DNA of 64,000 nucleotides from a bacterium (GCA_050732395.1 JBOHQX010000300.1:6312-70311); one strand, 5' to 3'. Positions 19,630 to 28,303 are shown, counted from the first letter of the stretch. Translations and numbers: made by a program. The notes: a model not told the origin generated them from the letters alone.

Positions 19630-20418
19630 TTAACAGACAACATCATACTTGCGCAAATTCTTGACCGTCGCATTGAAGTCTTTTGGGAGCGCGGCATGGA
19701 TGGTGAAAGGCTCTCGCCGCAAGGGATGCGCCAAGCGAAGAGCGACCGCGTGCAAGGCCAATCGCCCCAGGAGAGGCAGCTCTTCGCCTTTCGCACGATA
19801 GTTAGCTTTGAGGGCAGAAAGAAAAAGGGCTTCCGTCCTGGCATACAACGGATCGACCACAAGCGGATGTCCCCAAGCTTGCAAATGCACTCGAATTTGA
19901 TGTTGGCGGCCCGTGAGCGGCCGGGCTTCCACGAGCGAGAAATGTCGAAAGCGTTCGAGCACACGAATCGTCGTCGCTGCAGCCTTGCCGCTCTCGTGCA
20001 CGATCATCATGCCAGGTTTTTTCGGGTGCGGGGCGAGAGGCATTTGGATAATATGCTCTTCGGTCTCGACATTGCCCTGAACGATGGCCCAATATACTTT
20101 TTCGACTCGCCGTTGGGTAAATTGCTCGCACAGAGCATGATGTGCCTCGGCCGTTTTTGCGAACAACACCACGCCGCTCGTGCCGGCATCGAGGCGATGC
20201 ACGACCCAAATGCGCGCCCCGAGCTGTTCCGTCGCAATGCTTTTCAGGCACGGCCAATCCGGATGCCAGCGCTCGGGAATCACCGGCAAGCCCGCAGGCT
20301 TGTTCAGCGCAAGCAGGGCACCATCCTCGTGCAAGATCGCAATGCGCCATTTTTGTTGCCGGCTGCGATCGTAGACGCGCCATTCAGGGTGTGGGTGATC
20401 TTCCTGGTGCACTGTCAT
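19630..20418 (-). CDS. RluA family pseudouridine synthase
   Basis: Carries LNKPAGLPV and the catalytic motif HRLDAGTSGVVLFAKT, then GRQHQIRVHL. Confidence 0.85.
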   Translation of the reverse strand: MTVHQEDHPHPEWRVYDRSRQQKWRIAILHEDGALLALNKPAGLPVIPERWHPDWPCLKSIATEQLGARIWVVHRLDAGTSGVVLFAKTAEAHHALCEQFTQRRVEKVYWAIVQGNVETEEHIIQMPLAPHPKKPGMMIVHESGKAAATTIRVLERFRHFSLVEARPLTGRQHQIRVHLQAWGHPLVVDPLYARTEALFLSALKANYRAKGEELPLLGRLALHAVALRLAHPLRREPFTIHAALPKDFNATVKNLRKYDVVC

Positions 20419-20452
20419 GAAACATCACCGCCGAGCAACAGGGGATACGAAA

Positions 20453-21580
20453 TCACAGCGGCCGGTCGTAAATGCGGTAGCGCTTGTAAATTTCGGCGCC
20501 GAGCAACCGCATGCCGCGGTTGATCAAGTCGTTGTTCTCCAGGGTCCACGAAAACTCGCCGGAGCCGAAGCCGGCCGCGGTGGGCCGGCGGAAAGTTTCC
20601 ATATACAATGCCGCGCCAATGCCGCTGACGGTTTGCAGCTTGCGCACTACCCCAAGTGTGAGCACACGAGCCACGTGAATTTTGCGCGCGTAGTACATGA
20701 CTTTGAAAATACCAATAGGCAACAAGCGACCGTTGATTTTCTTCAAGGCGCGATTCAAATCAGGCAGAGTCAGCGAAAATCCCACCGGTTCTCCGTTCTT
20801 TTCAACAATCATAACCAGGCGCGAATCGACCACGGGCTTTAGGTCTTTGGCCAGAAAGTGAAATTCTTCGTCCGTCATCGGTACGAACCCCCAGTTGTTG
20901 CTCCAGGCATCGTTATAAATGTGCTTGATCAGCTCGACTTCCTCCCAAAAATTTTTCAGATCGATGTTGCGCAACACCATGCCCTGTTCCTGCAGAACTT
21001 TTTCACCCACGCGTACAATTTTGGGATTGAGGCCACCATCCTCCGTCATCCACCAGGCATACAAATCCATCGCTTTTTTGAAGCCCTCGCCTTCGATCAA
21101 GTCGACGTAATAGCGAGGGTTGTAAGCCATCAAGATTGCCGGGCTGGAATCGAAGCCCTCCACCAGCAGGCCACAGGTTTCATTGGTGGAATAGCTCGTC
21201 GGGCCGCGCAAAACGTTCATGCCTTGCGCCCGCGCCCAATCGGCGGCGGTCTCCAGGAGCGTATGCGCGACTTCGGGATCATTCACGCATTCAAAAAATC
21301 CGAAGAACGCCGTTTTTTCATTGTGAAATTTGTTATGATTGTTATTGAGAATGGCCGCGATACGGCCGACGTTTTCGCCATTGCGCCGGGCGAGGAAAAA
21401 ATCGGCGGTGGAGTGCAGAAAGAAGGGATGCTTTTTCTTGTTCAGCAGCTTTTTTTGATCGATGATGAGAGGCGGAACCCAGTATTGGTCCCGCAGAGCA
21501 GGATAAATTTTCCAAGGCAGCCTGATGAACTCGCGCAACTGCCCACCGCCGGTCACTGGAATGATTTCAACTTTTGACAA
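20453..21580 (-). CDS. GNAT-fold N-acyltransferase-like protein (about 375 aa family, function unproven)
   Basis: Two-lobed architecture with FFGFFECVND...AADWARAQGMNVLRGP and a C-terminal GVVRKLQTVSGIGAALY acyl-CoA-binding-like segment. It sits immediately downstream of the alpha-oxoamine synthase. Confidence 0.55.
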   Translation of the reverse strand: MSKVEIIPVTGGGQLREFIRLPWKIYPALRDQYWVPPLIIDQKKLLNKKKHPFFLHSTADFFLARRNGENVGRIAAILNNNHNKFHNEKTAFFGFFECVNDPEVAHTLLETAADWARAQGMNVLRGPTSYSTNETCGLLVEGFDSSPAILMAYNPRYYVDLIEGEGFKKAMDLYAWWMTEDGGLNPKIVRVGEKVLQEQGMVLRNIDLKNFWEEVELIKHIYNDAWSNNWGFVPMTDEEFHFLAKDLKPVVDSRLVMIVEKNGEPVGFSLTLPDLNRALKKINGRLLPIGIFKVMYYARKIHVARVLTLGVVRKLQTVSGIGAALYMETFRRPTAAGFGSGEFSWTLENNDLINRGMRLLGAEIYKRYRIYDRPL

Positions 21581-21607
21581 AGAATTTCCTTATGGCAGGA
21601 GTGGATC

Positions 21608-21656
21608 GTTACACTTTACACGTTACACCTTACACGTGTAACGTGTAACGTGTAAG
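21608..21656. repeat. self-complementary heptamer array (4x NTTACAC followed by 3x GTGTAAN)
   Basis: cgttacac tttacac gttacac cttacac | gtgtaac gtgtaac gtgtaag forms a loop-less hairpin or cruciform. It lies 12 nt 3' of the stop of the upstream minus-strand gene. Confidence 0.9.
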
Positions 21657-21667
21657 CAATAATCGGC

Positions 21668-22864
21668 TTATACTAATCCAAATTGCTTTCCAATGCGCGC
21701 AAACGCCTCGATAATCTGGTCCAAAATTTCATTCGTATGCGTGGCCATGTAACTGGTACGGATCAGGCCGTGGCCCTGCGGTACTGCGGGTGAAATCACC
21801 GGATTGGTGAAAATGCCGCTTTCAAAAAGCATGCGCCAAAATTCGAAAGTTTGCATGTCTTCGCCGATATGAAGTGGAATGATGGGCGATTGCGTGCCGC
21901 CGGTGTTGAAGCCAAGGTCGTCGAACGCCTTCTTCATTTTATGCACGTTGCGCCACAACCACTCGATACGCTCCGGCTCCTTCTCGAGAATGTCGACGGC
22001 GGCAATGACCGCCGCCGTTGAGGCGGGCGGCATGCTGGCCGAAAAAATCAACGAGCGCGCATGATGCTTGATATAATCGATTACGTAGTGGTCTCCCACA
22101 ACGAAACCGCCGATGGAAGCAAAGGATTTACTGAAGGTTCCGATCACCAGATCGACTTTATCTTCCATACCATAGTGCTCGCCCGTGCCGCGGCCATGCT
22201 GGCCCAGTACGCCGATGGAATGGGCGTCGTCGATGATGATGCGCGCGCCGTATTTCTCTGCCAGCAACGCCATCTCGGGCAACTTGACAATGTCGCCCTC
22301 CATGCTGAAAACGCCGTCGGCGATGATCACCTTTCCGGGTGCGTCTTTGTGCTTCGCCAGCAAGCGCTCGAGATGGTTCATGTCGTTGTGGCGGTAACGC
22401 ACGGTTTCGCCGAAAGCCAGGCGGCTGCCGTCCACGATGCTGGCGTGGTTGGCGCGGTCGGTGAATATCATCTCGTCTTTGCCGACCAGCGTTGCGATCA
22501 CTCCCAAATTGGTTTGAAAGCCGGTGGAAAATACCAGCGCGGCTTCGCGCTTCATGAAGCCGGCGAGGCGATGCTCCAGCTCTTCGTGCAGCTCCAGCGT
22601 GCCGTTGAGAAAACGCGAGCCGGTACAACCCGAGCCGAATTTTTCAATGGCATCGATCGCCGCTCGTTTGACGCGCGGATCTTGTGTCAAACCGAGATAG
22701 TTGTTCGAGCCGGCCATGATCATTTTGTGACCCTTGATCATGACTTCGATATCGGCGCCGGATTGGATGGCTTTGAAGTAGGGGTACCAGCCCTCTTCAA
22801 TCGCCTGCTGTGCCCGGGTAAAACTACGGCACTTTTGGAAGAGATCCAAATTGACCTCCCTCAC
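21668..22864 (-). CDS. alpha-oxoamine synthase family PLP enzyme (serine palmitoyltransferase / 8-amino-7-oxononanoate synthase-like)
   Basis: Contains GSNNYLGL, GSGCTGSRFLNG, IIDDAHSIGVLG and the PLP-lysine motif GTFSKSFASIGG. The N-terminal YPYFKAIQS...IKGHKMIM resembles bacterial SPT-type members. Confidence 0.85.
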   Translation of the reverse strand: MREVNLDLFQKCRSFTRAQQAIEEGWYPYFKAIQSGADIEVMIKGHKMIMAGSNNYLGLTQDPRVKRAAIDAIEKFGSGCTGSRFLNGTLELHEELEHRLAGFMKREAALVFSTGFQTNLGVIATLVGKDEMIFTDRANHASIVDGSRLAFGETVRYRHNDMNHLERLLAKHKDAPGKVIIADGVFSMEGDIVKLPEMALLAEKYGARIIIDDAHSIGVLGQHGRGTGEHYGMEDKVDLVIGTFSKSFASIGGFVVGDHYVIDYIKHHARSLIFSASMPPASTAAVIAAVDILEKEPERIEWLWRNVHKMKKAFDDLGFNTGGTQSPIIPLHIGEDMQTFEFWRMLFESGIFTNPVISPAVPQGHGLIRTSYMATHTNEILDQIIEAFARIGKQFGLV

Positions 22865-23129
22865 CTGAGTATTCGTTCAATGCGCGATTGTTAACTTTTT
22901 GAAATAGTCCTTTGTTCAGATTGGAGGAAAATATAATGTTCCACCATAAGCAAATCAACTGAAATAGCAGATCAACTGAAAAATGGCACTTGCGCCTGTA
23001 TGGCGGCGAAGTGCTTGGTTTTAAAAGGATTCGTGCTATCTTATGCGCGCTTGGCAGAATATTTTAAACCTTTTGGCTGCAAGTCGGTACATATAAGTAG
23101 AAAGCAATCAGCGACGAGGAAGGAGTTTC

Positions 23130-23708
23130 GTGCACGCACCCCGAAGGGTCCTCGAAGGGCCGGCCGACAATGAAATCATGATGAGGGTCCGCGACGGAGA
23201 GGTGTCGCAGCTTGGGCTTTTATTCGAACGGCATCAAACGATGTTGTATAATTTTTTCCTGCGGCAGAGCGGAAATCGCGAGGCCAGCCAGGATATGGTG
23301 CAGGAAGTGTTCTTGCGCATCTTACGCTATCGCCAGACTTTTCGAGGAGAAAGCAAGTTCACCGTCTGGATGTACAGTATTGCACGCAATGCCTACGCGG
23401 ATCATTTTCGTAAACGAAAAAAAGAAACGCCCGTGGATACCGGCGGGCTCGAAGCCTCCAGTGACGATCCCCTGCCGCATGAGACCATGGAGCAGGATCA
23501 AGAAGTGGCGTTGCTGCGGCGTGCGTTGGATCGGTTGTCTTCCGAAAAACGAGAGGTGTTGATGCTGAGTCGTTTTCAAAATCTCAAATATGAAGAGATC
23601 TCCCAGATTCTGAACTGCCCGGTCGGCACAATCAAAGCGCGCGTGCATTGGGCGATCAAAGACTTAAGAAAAATTTTCGAGCAATTATCCGGTGCGGCCA
23701 CGTCATGA
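23130..23708 (+). CDS. ECF-type RNA polymerase sigma-70 family factor
   Basis: GGAAGGAG lies 5 nt upstream of the GTG at 23130. Region 2 is QEVFLRILRYRQTFRGESKFTVWMYSIARN. Region 4 is REVLMLSRFQNLKYEEISQILNCPVGTIKARVHWA. Confidence 0.85.
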   Translation: MHAPRRVLEGPADNEIMMRVRDGEVSQLGLLFERHQTMLYNFFLRQSGNREASQDMVQEVFLRILRYRQTFRGESKFTVWMYSIARNAYADHFRKRKKETPVDTGGLEASSDDPLPHETMEQDQEVALLRRALDRLSSEKREVLMLSRFQNLKYEEISQILNCPVGTIKARVHWAIKDLRKIFEQLSGAATS

Positions 23709-24529
23709 CTTGCGAACAAGCCAACCAACATTTTCCGGATTATCTCAACGGTGATCTGGAGGAAACCACCAAACGCATCATGCAGATGCACGTGGAGCAA
23801 TGTGCGCATTGCCGGACCGAGCTGGCCGAGGCCGAAGCAATCTGGGCACGCTTGGGCCGCCTGCCGGAAGAGCCGCCGCCGGCGGCGCTGCAGGCGAGAT
23901 TCTATGCCATGCTCGCCGCCTATGAGCAGGGATTGCAGCACGCTCGGCCGCGCATGCGTTTGAGTGAGCACGTCAACGCCTGGCTCGAACGCTGGTGGCC
24001 GAAACAACCGGCCTGGCAATTCGCCGTGGCGGTCTTGTGTTTGGGTTTGGGTTTGCTCGCCGGCCGCGGCTGGCAATCCTCCCCCTCGCTCCCCCAAGAA
24101 GGTTTGCAAGTGGCACAACTACGCTCAGAAGTGCAGACGATGCAGCAAATGGTGGCGCTTTCGTTGTTGCAACAACCTTCACCCAGTGAGCGCCTGCGCG
24201 GCGTGAGTTGGAGTTATCAAGTGGCACACCCGGACCAGCAAATGCTCGCGGCGTTGATGCAAACCTTGAATTATGACGCCAACGTCAACGTGCGGCTGTC
24301 GGCGCTGGAAGCTTTGCATACATTCGCAGATCAGGACACCGTGCGGCAGGCGCTGGCCGCCTCTTTACCGCGCCAGAATTCGCCGCTGGTGCAAATTCGA
24401 TTGATCAATCTGATCGTAGAATTGCGCACTCGGCAAGCCAACGAGACTTTGCGGCAGCTTTTACAAGACGAGCAGCTCAGCCAGGAAGTGCGGCAGCGCG
24501 CGGAGTGGGGGTTGCGGCAATTGTTATAG
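23705..24529 (+). CDS. anti-sigma factor (zf-HC2, one TM helix, C-terminal HEAT-like repeats)
   Basis: The ATG overlaps the sigma gene stop (ATGA). The zf-HC2 motif is HVEQCAHCRTEL. The TM segment is WQFAVAVLCLGLGLLAG. The C-terminus has NVNVRLSALEAL / SPLVQIRLINLI HEAT-like repeats. Confidence 0.75.
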   Translation: MTCEQANQHFPDYLNGDLEETTKRIMQMHVEQCAHCRTELAEAEAIWARLGRLPEEPPPAALQARFYAMLAAYEQGLQHARPRMRLSEHVNAWLERWWPKQPAWQFAVAVLCLGLGLLAGRGWQSSPSLPQEGLQVAQLRSEVQTMQQMVALSLLQQPSPSERLRGVSWSYQVAHPDQQMLAALMQTLNYDANVNVRLSALEALHTFADQDTVRQALAASLPRQNSPLVQIRLINLIVELRTRQANETLRQLLQDEQLSQEVRQRAEWGLRQLL

Positions 24530-24550
24530 AATTGGTGTGTTCATCGCATT

Positions 24551-24689
24551 CCTACTCATACTCATACTCCTACTCCCACTCTTACTCGCTTTGAAATCTT
24601 GAAAGGCGAGTAAGAGTAAGAGTAAGAGTAAGAGTAAGAGTAAGAGTAAGAGCAAGAGTAAGAGTAAGAGTAGGAGTAAGAGAAGGAAG
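24551..24689. repeat. hexanucleotide microsatellite hairpin: (TACTCN)n arm, 16-nt loop, (AAGAGT)~13 arm
   Basis: The left arm (24551-24589, cctactcatactcatactcctactcccactcttactcgc) is the imperfect reverse complement of the first half of the right arm (24606-24689, gcgagt + aagagt repeats). The right arm runs into the AAGGAAG RBS of the gene starting at 24699. Confidence 0.9.
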
Positions 24690-24698
24690 AAAACCCTC

Positions 24699-25553
24699 AT
24701 GGCCTATCCAGTAATAACTCTGCTCTCAGCATTCTCCCTTCTGCTTGCCGCCTCCGATTGGCGTGTGCAGGAGAAGGAGGAGATCAAGCAAACGCTGCGG
24801 TTTTCCGATCCTGCCAAAACACGGCAAGTGATCGTCGACAATATCAACGGTGCGATCACGGTGGCGGGATACGCCGGCAGCGAGGTGCAGCTCGTTGCGA
24901 TCAAGACGCTGCGGGCACGCTCCCCGGAAAGGCTGGCCGAGGCCAGAGAAAAGATCCGCCTGGAAATTTCCGAGCGTGACAACGTGATCGAGTTGTACGT
25001 CGACAGCCCGTGTCGCCGGCGAGATGATGACAGGAATTATCGCGGCTCGGACTACTACGGCTTTGAAGTCCAATTCGATTTCACGCTTAAAGTGCCGTGG
25101 CAAACCGATCTCAGGCTGAAGACGATCAACGACGGCGACATCGACGTTGAAAACGTCGCGGGCGAGTTCGACATCGACAACATCAATGGCTCCGTCGAGA
25201 TGCTCGAAGTCGCCGGTGGCGGGCGGGCGTATGCGCTCAACGGCGAGCTCGCCGTGCGCTTCAAGAAAAACCCGGAAATCGATTCCTATTTCGGCTCACT
25301 CAACGGCGACGTCAAAGTCGAGCTTCTCGAAAACCTTTCCGCGGACGTGCGCCTGAAAACTTTCAATGGCGAAGTCTACACCGATTTTCGCGTCACCTCC
25401 CTGCCGGCGCGCGCGAGGGCGCAAGAAAAAAGCGGCGGGAGATACGTCTACCGCAGCGACAGCGCCTTCGGTGTGCGCATCGGCAGCGGGGGGCCAGAAT
25501 TGGAATTTGATGCTTTCAATGGGGATATTCATATTGTCAAGCGTCCGAATTAA
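24699..25553 (+). CDS. DUF4097 (putative adhesin / toastrack beta-repeat) protein
   Basis: Signal-like N-terminus, then repeated NINGAITV, NDGDIDVENVAGEFDIDNINGSVEM, SLNGDVKVEL and FNGDIHIVKR strands. Confidence 0.8.
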   Translation: MAYPVITLLSAFSLLLAASDWRVQEKEEIKQTLRFSDPAKTRQVIVDNINGAITVAGYAGSEVQLVAIKTLRARSPERLAEAREKIRLEISERDNVIELYVDSPCRRRDDDRNYRGSDYYGFEVQFDFTLKVPWQTDLRLKTINDGDIDVENVAGEFDIDNINGSVEMLEVAGGGRAYALNGELAVRFKKNPEIDSYFGSLNGDVKVELLENLSADVRLKTFNGEVYTDFRVTSLPARARAQEKSGGRYVYRSDSAFGVRIGSGGPELEFDAFNGDIHIVKRPN

Positions 25554-25717
25554 TGGTTCATCCTAAATCACTTCTCTTGCACGCAAAATGTCACTCTGAA
25601 AGAATCCTGGTTGAATGGAACACTACGCTAGTGCTTCCCCAGATTCCTCGAATGAATGACAGGAGAAAAAGTCCGGGCGTAGTACCTGTAGACAAATCAA
25701 GTTTCGAGGCCATTCTC

Positions 25718-26578
25718 ATGACTATCAGGAAATCTGAAAAGCTCTTTCTTCTCTGTCTTCTGTTACTTGGCAATCTTGTTTTTGCCCAATCCCCCGGCAT
25801 GGATCGTTTGACCATCCCGCTTAGCGATCCTGCCCGCCCGGTAACCCTGAAAGCGGGGCTGATGAACGGCGGCATCACGGTGACGGGTTACGCCGGCAAG
25901 GAAGTGCTCGTAGAAGCACGCGTGCGCACGGAAGCAGATGAGGAGGAACGCCAAAGGCACAATCAAAAAAACAAGGAGAAGGACAAAGCCCTGGGTATGC
26001 GCCGGTTGGAAATCACCGCCACTGGGTTGACCGTGGAAGAAGAGAACAATGTGGTCGAAATCTCCACTTCATCCATGAACCGCACGGTCGACTTGAACAT
26101 TCAGGTGCCGCAGCGCGCGTCGTTGGAGCTGAGCTGCTTGAACGATGGCGACATCAAGGTCGATAACCTCACCGGCGAGTTCGAAATCAACAACACCAAC
26201 GGCGGCGTCACGCTCACCAACATTTCAGGTGCGGTGGTGGCGCATGCGCTCAATGAGAACGTGGTCGTCACCTTCACGAAAGTCGAGCCGGACAAGTCCA
26301 TGTCCTTCACTTCGCTCAACGGCGACATCGACGTGACCTTTCCGCCGGACGTGCGTGCGAAAGTGAAATTGAAATCAGATAACGGTGAGATCTACAGCGA
26401 TTTCGATGTTCGGCTCGAGCCCTCGACCGTTAAAACCGAGGAAGACGGGCGCAAAAAAGGCGGGAAATATCGAATTCAGTTGGAAAAAACCATGATCGGC
26501 ATGATCAACGGCGGCGGGCCGGAAATGCAATTCGCGACGTTTAATGGGGATATTTATATTCGGAAGAGGAAGCCGTAG
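25718..26578 (+). CDS. DUF4097 (toastrack beta-repeat) protein, second paralog
   Basis: The ATG at 25718 gives the signal peptide MTIRKSEKLFLLCLLLLGNLVFAQ. It shows the same repeat logic as its neighbour (MNGGITVTGYAG, NDGDIKVDNLTGEFEINNTNGGVTL, SLNGDIDVTF, FNGDIYIRKR). Confidence 0.8.
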   Translation: MTIRKSEKLFLLCLLLLGNLVFAQSPGMDRLTIPLSDPARPVTLKAGLMNGGITVTGYAGKEVLVEARVRTEADEEERQRHNQKNKEKDKALGMRRLEITATGLTVEEENNVVEISTSSMNRTVDLNIQVPQRASLELSCLNDGDIKVDNLTGEFEINNTNGGVTLTNISGAVVAHALNENVVVTFTKVEPDKSMSFTSLNGDIDVTFPPDVRAKVKLKSDNGEIYSDFDVRLEPSTVKTEEDGRKKGGKYRIQLEKTMIGMINGGGPEMQFATFNGDIYIRKRKP

Positions 26579-26681
26579 ATAGAAGATAGTAGATCGTGGT
26601 TCGTAGATTGTGGAGCGTAATGCTGAAATGAATGGTTGGGTTACTGGATTGATGGATTTTTGGATTACTGGATTACTGGAG
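26576..26681. repeat. two degenerate periodic arrays starting at the stop codon (TAGAT/GATCGTGG type, then TGGATNNN octamers)
   Basis: The first array is tagatagaagatagtagatcgtggttcgtagattgtgg (26576-26617). The second is ggttactg gattgatg gatttttg gattactg gattactg (about 26633-26681), which is the reverse complement of the array at 26871-26921. Confidence 0.8.
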
Positions 26682-26870
26682 AACTTGAGCTGTGAGGAGA
26701 TTCGCAATACAGTATTTCACCGCGACCTTCGGGCCTTTGGACTGTCATTCTGCAAGAATCTTCCCTAGCACTGGCTACAGGCCCGGATTGGATAGCTACC
26801 CGGTGCTAGAGTCAAATGCCAGCATAGCCACAGAGTGCTGAATTGCTTGAGCGTAGGACTTGAAATTCCA

Positions 26871-26921
26871 ATGATCCATCAATCCAGTAATCCATCAATC
26901 CAATAATTCACCACTCCAATG
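26871..26921. repeat. octamer array (ATCCANNA)n, inverted partner of 26633-26681
   Basis: atgatcc atcaatcc agtaatcc atcaatcc aataattc accactcc. It lies 16 nt 3' of the PorV/PorQ-like stop codon. The same word family recurs at 49341-49396. Confidence 0.8.
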
Positions 26922-26936
26922 CCCTACAATCCCATC

Positions 26937-27848
26937 TCAGAAAGTCATCGACAAGCTCAACCGGTTCAAGCTTCCAACTTCGCCAAAAGAAGAAATACCG
27001 TAATCGAATTTATACTGGCGATATTCCAACCCCAAACCCAGTGACACCCCGGCGAAGCGGTCGCCACTGGTTCCAACCTTTTGATCGCTGCCAATCGAAT
27101 CATAACCGAGTCGCAAAAACAATCCGGTTGACAGCATAAACTCGCCCCCCACCCGAAAGCGCAAGTCTTCCTCGGAATAACCGACGAGCGCGAGGCTGTA
27201 GCGCAGCGGCAAATGTTCGAGGCGCTTGGAAACGCCGACTTGATAGTTGAAGGGCAGGCGTTCTTTGGTCTGATCGAAAGCCGAGATCACGCCGCCGAGG
27301 TTGAAGAGCCCGCCGCCGAAGTCCATGTTGCCAAGGACCGAGGAATGATAGATCACACCAATGTCGACGGCGTAAGCATCAGAAGAAAAATTGGCCAACT
27401 CGGAACGAATGTACTTTAAATTCGCACCGATTTGCACGCGCTTGGCGCGCGTCTGCGCGTAGCTCAAATAGAACACGGCGCTGCTGGCGCCGAAGGTGCC
27501 CTGCTCGAGCCCCAGCTCGTTCGTGCGCTCAAACTCGCCGTAGCTGGTGTATTGCACGGCTGCGCCCAGGGTGCCGTTTCGCATCGGCATGACGTAAGCC
27601 CCGGCGAAGTTTTGAATGTCGAGAATGTGATTCAAATATCCGAACGCCGCCGTGCGCTTTTGTATATCGCCGATACCGGCCGGATTATAAAAAATACAGT
27701 GCGGATCGTTCGTCATGGCGACGAAGCTCGAGGCCATGCCCGAAGGCCGCGCGCCAACAGACGTGCGCAGAAAGGCGTAACCGATAGGATTTGATTGTGC
27801 GGACAAGATTGATGGAACAGCAACGGCGAGAAGAAAAATTTTTATCAT
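26937..27848 (-). CDS. PorV/PorQ family outer-membrane beta-barrel (T9SS-associated)
   Basis: The ATG at 27848 gives the signal peptide MIKIFLLAVAVPSILSAQ. The motif FLRTSVGARPSGMASSFVAMTNDPHCIFYNPAGIG resembles the PorV/PorQ N-terminal signature. Alternating beta-strand pattern ending in ...LSLSMTF. The longer track ORF runs through the two tRNA genes and is rejected. Confidence 0.65.
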   Translation of the reverse strand: MIKIFLLAVAVPSILSAQSNPIGYAFLRTSVGARPSGMASSFVAMTNDPHCIFYNPAGIGDIQKRTAAFGYLNHILDIQNFAGAYVMPMRNGTLGAAVQYTSYGEFERTNELGLEQGTFGASSAVFYLSYAQTRAKRVQIGANLKYIRSELANFSSDAYAVDIGVIYHSSVLGNMDFGGGLFNLGGVISAFDQTKERLPFNYQVGVSKRLEHLPLRYSLALVGYSEEDLRFRVGGEFMLSTGLFLRLGYDSIGSDQKVGTSGDRFAGVSLGLGLEYRQYKFDYGISSFGEVGSLNRLSLSMTF

Positions 27849-27922
27849 GAAATGACTTCGCAAGAAGTGAAAGGAACGAGCTAACCCAATCATCGCAAGA
27901 ATGCAAGAGCTTTTCAACATAG

Positions 27923-27995
<73 letters not shown>

Positions 27996-28082
27996 TTGGA
28001 AAGGCAAAGAGAAAACGTCAAACAGAAAAAAGCAAACGGCGAAAAGAAAAAAGCAAAACCGAGCGGCTTTGCTGTGAGGTCG

Positions 28083-28155
<73 letters not shown>

Positions 28156-28173
28156 CCACTTAAAAAACAAATC

Positions 28174-28203
28174 AAAGTAAATCTCTAAGCACAAAAAGTC
28201 AAG
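28174..28203 (-). promoter_or_regulatory. possible sigma70-like promoter for the tRNA-Phe/tRNA-Thr unit
   Basis: On the minus strand, TTGACT (28203-28198) is followed after an 18-nt spacer by TACTTT (28179-28174), about 20 nt upstream of the tRNA-Phe 5' end. This is motif reading only. Confidence 0.25.
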
Positions 28204-28303
28204 ATTAAATTTGACCTGCGCCTGATCGAATACGACCGCGTAACGGTCTACGCCAATTTTCAGTCACGCTGAAAAGTGAAGCTCTTTGCTAGGCAAAGCA
28301 TGC

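Noticed and set aside
19696-21577. Plus-strand ORFs (275 aa, 239 aa, 141 aa)
   Set aside because: They are antisense shadows of the RluA and GNAT-like genes.
22061-22894. 277-aa plus-strand ORF
   Set aside because: It is antisense to the alpha-oxoamine synthase, whose PLP motifs are unambiguous. It has no motifs of its own.
22865-23129. ECF-type autoregulated promoter or direct repeats (atcaactgaaa x2 at ~22959-22985) in the divergent spacer
   Set aside because: The short repeats are real. However, I cannot assign -35/-10 elements with any confidence by eye, so they are not reported as a feature.
24551-24689. Possible CRISPR array
   Set aside because: The period is only 6 nt, with no spacers, and it is self-complementary. 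It is a microsatellite hairpin. No cas genes are in the window.
26576-26935. Possible CRISPR-like or tandem-repeat locus
   Set aside because: The repeat period is 8 nt with drift and no unique spacers of CRISPR size.
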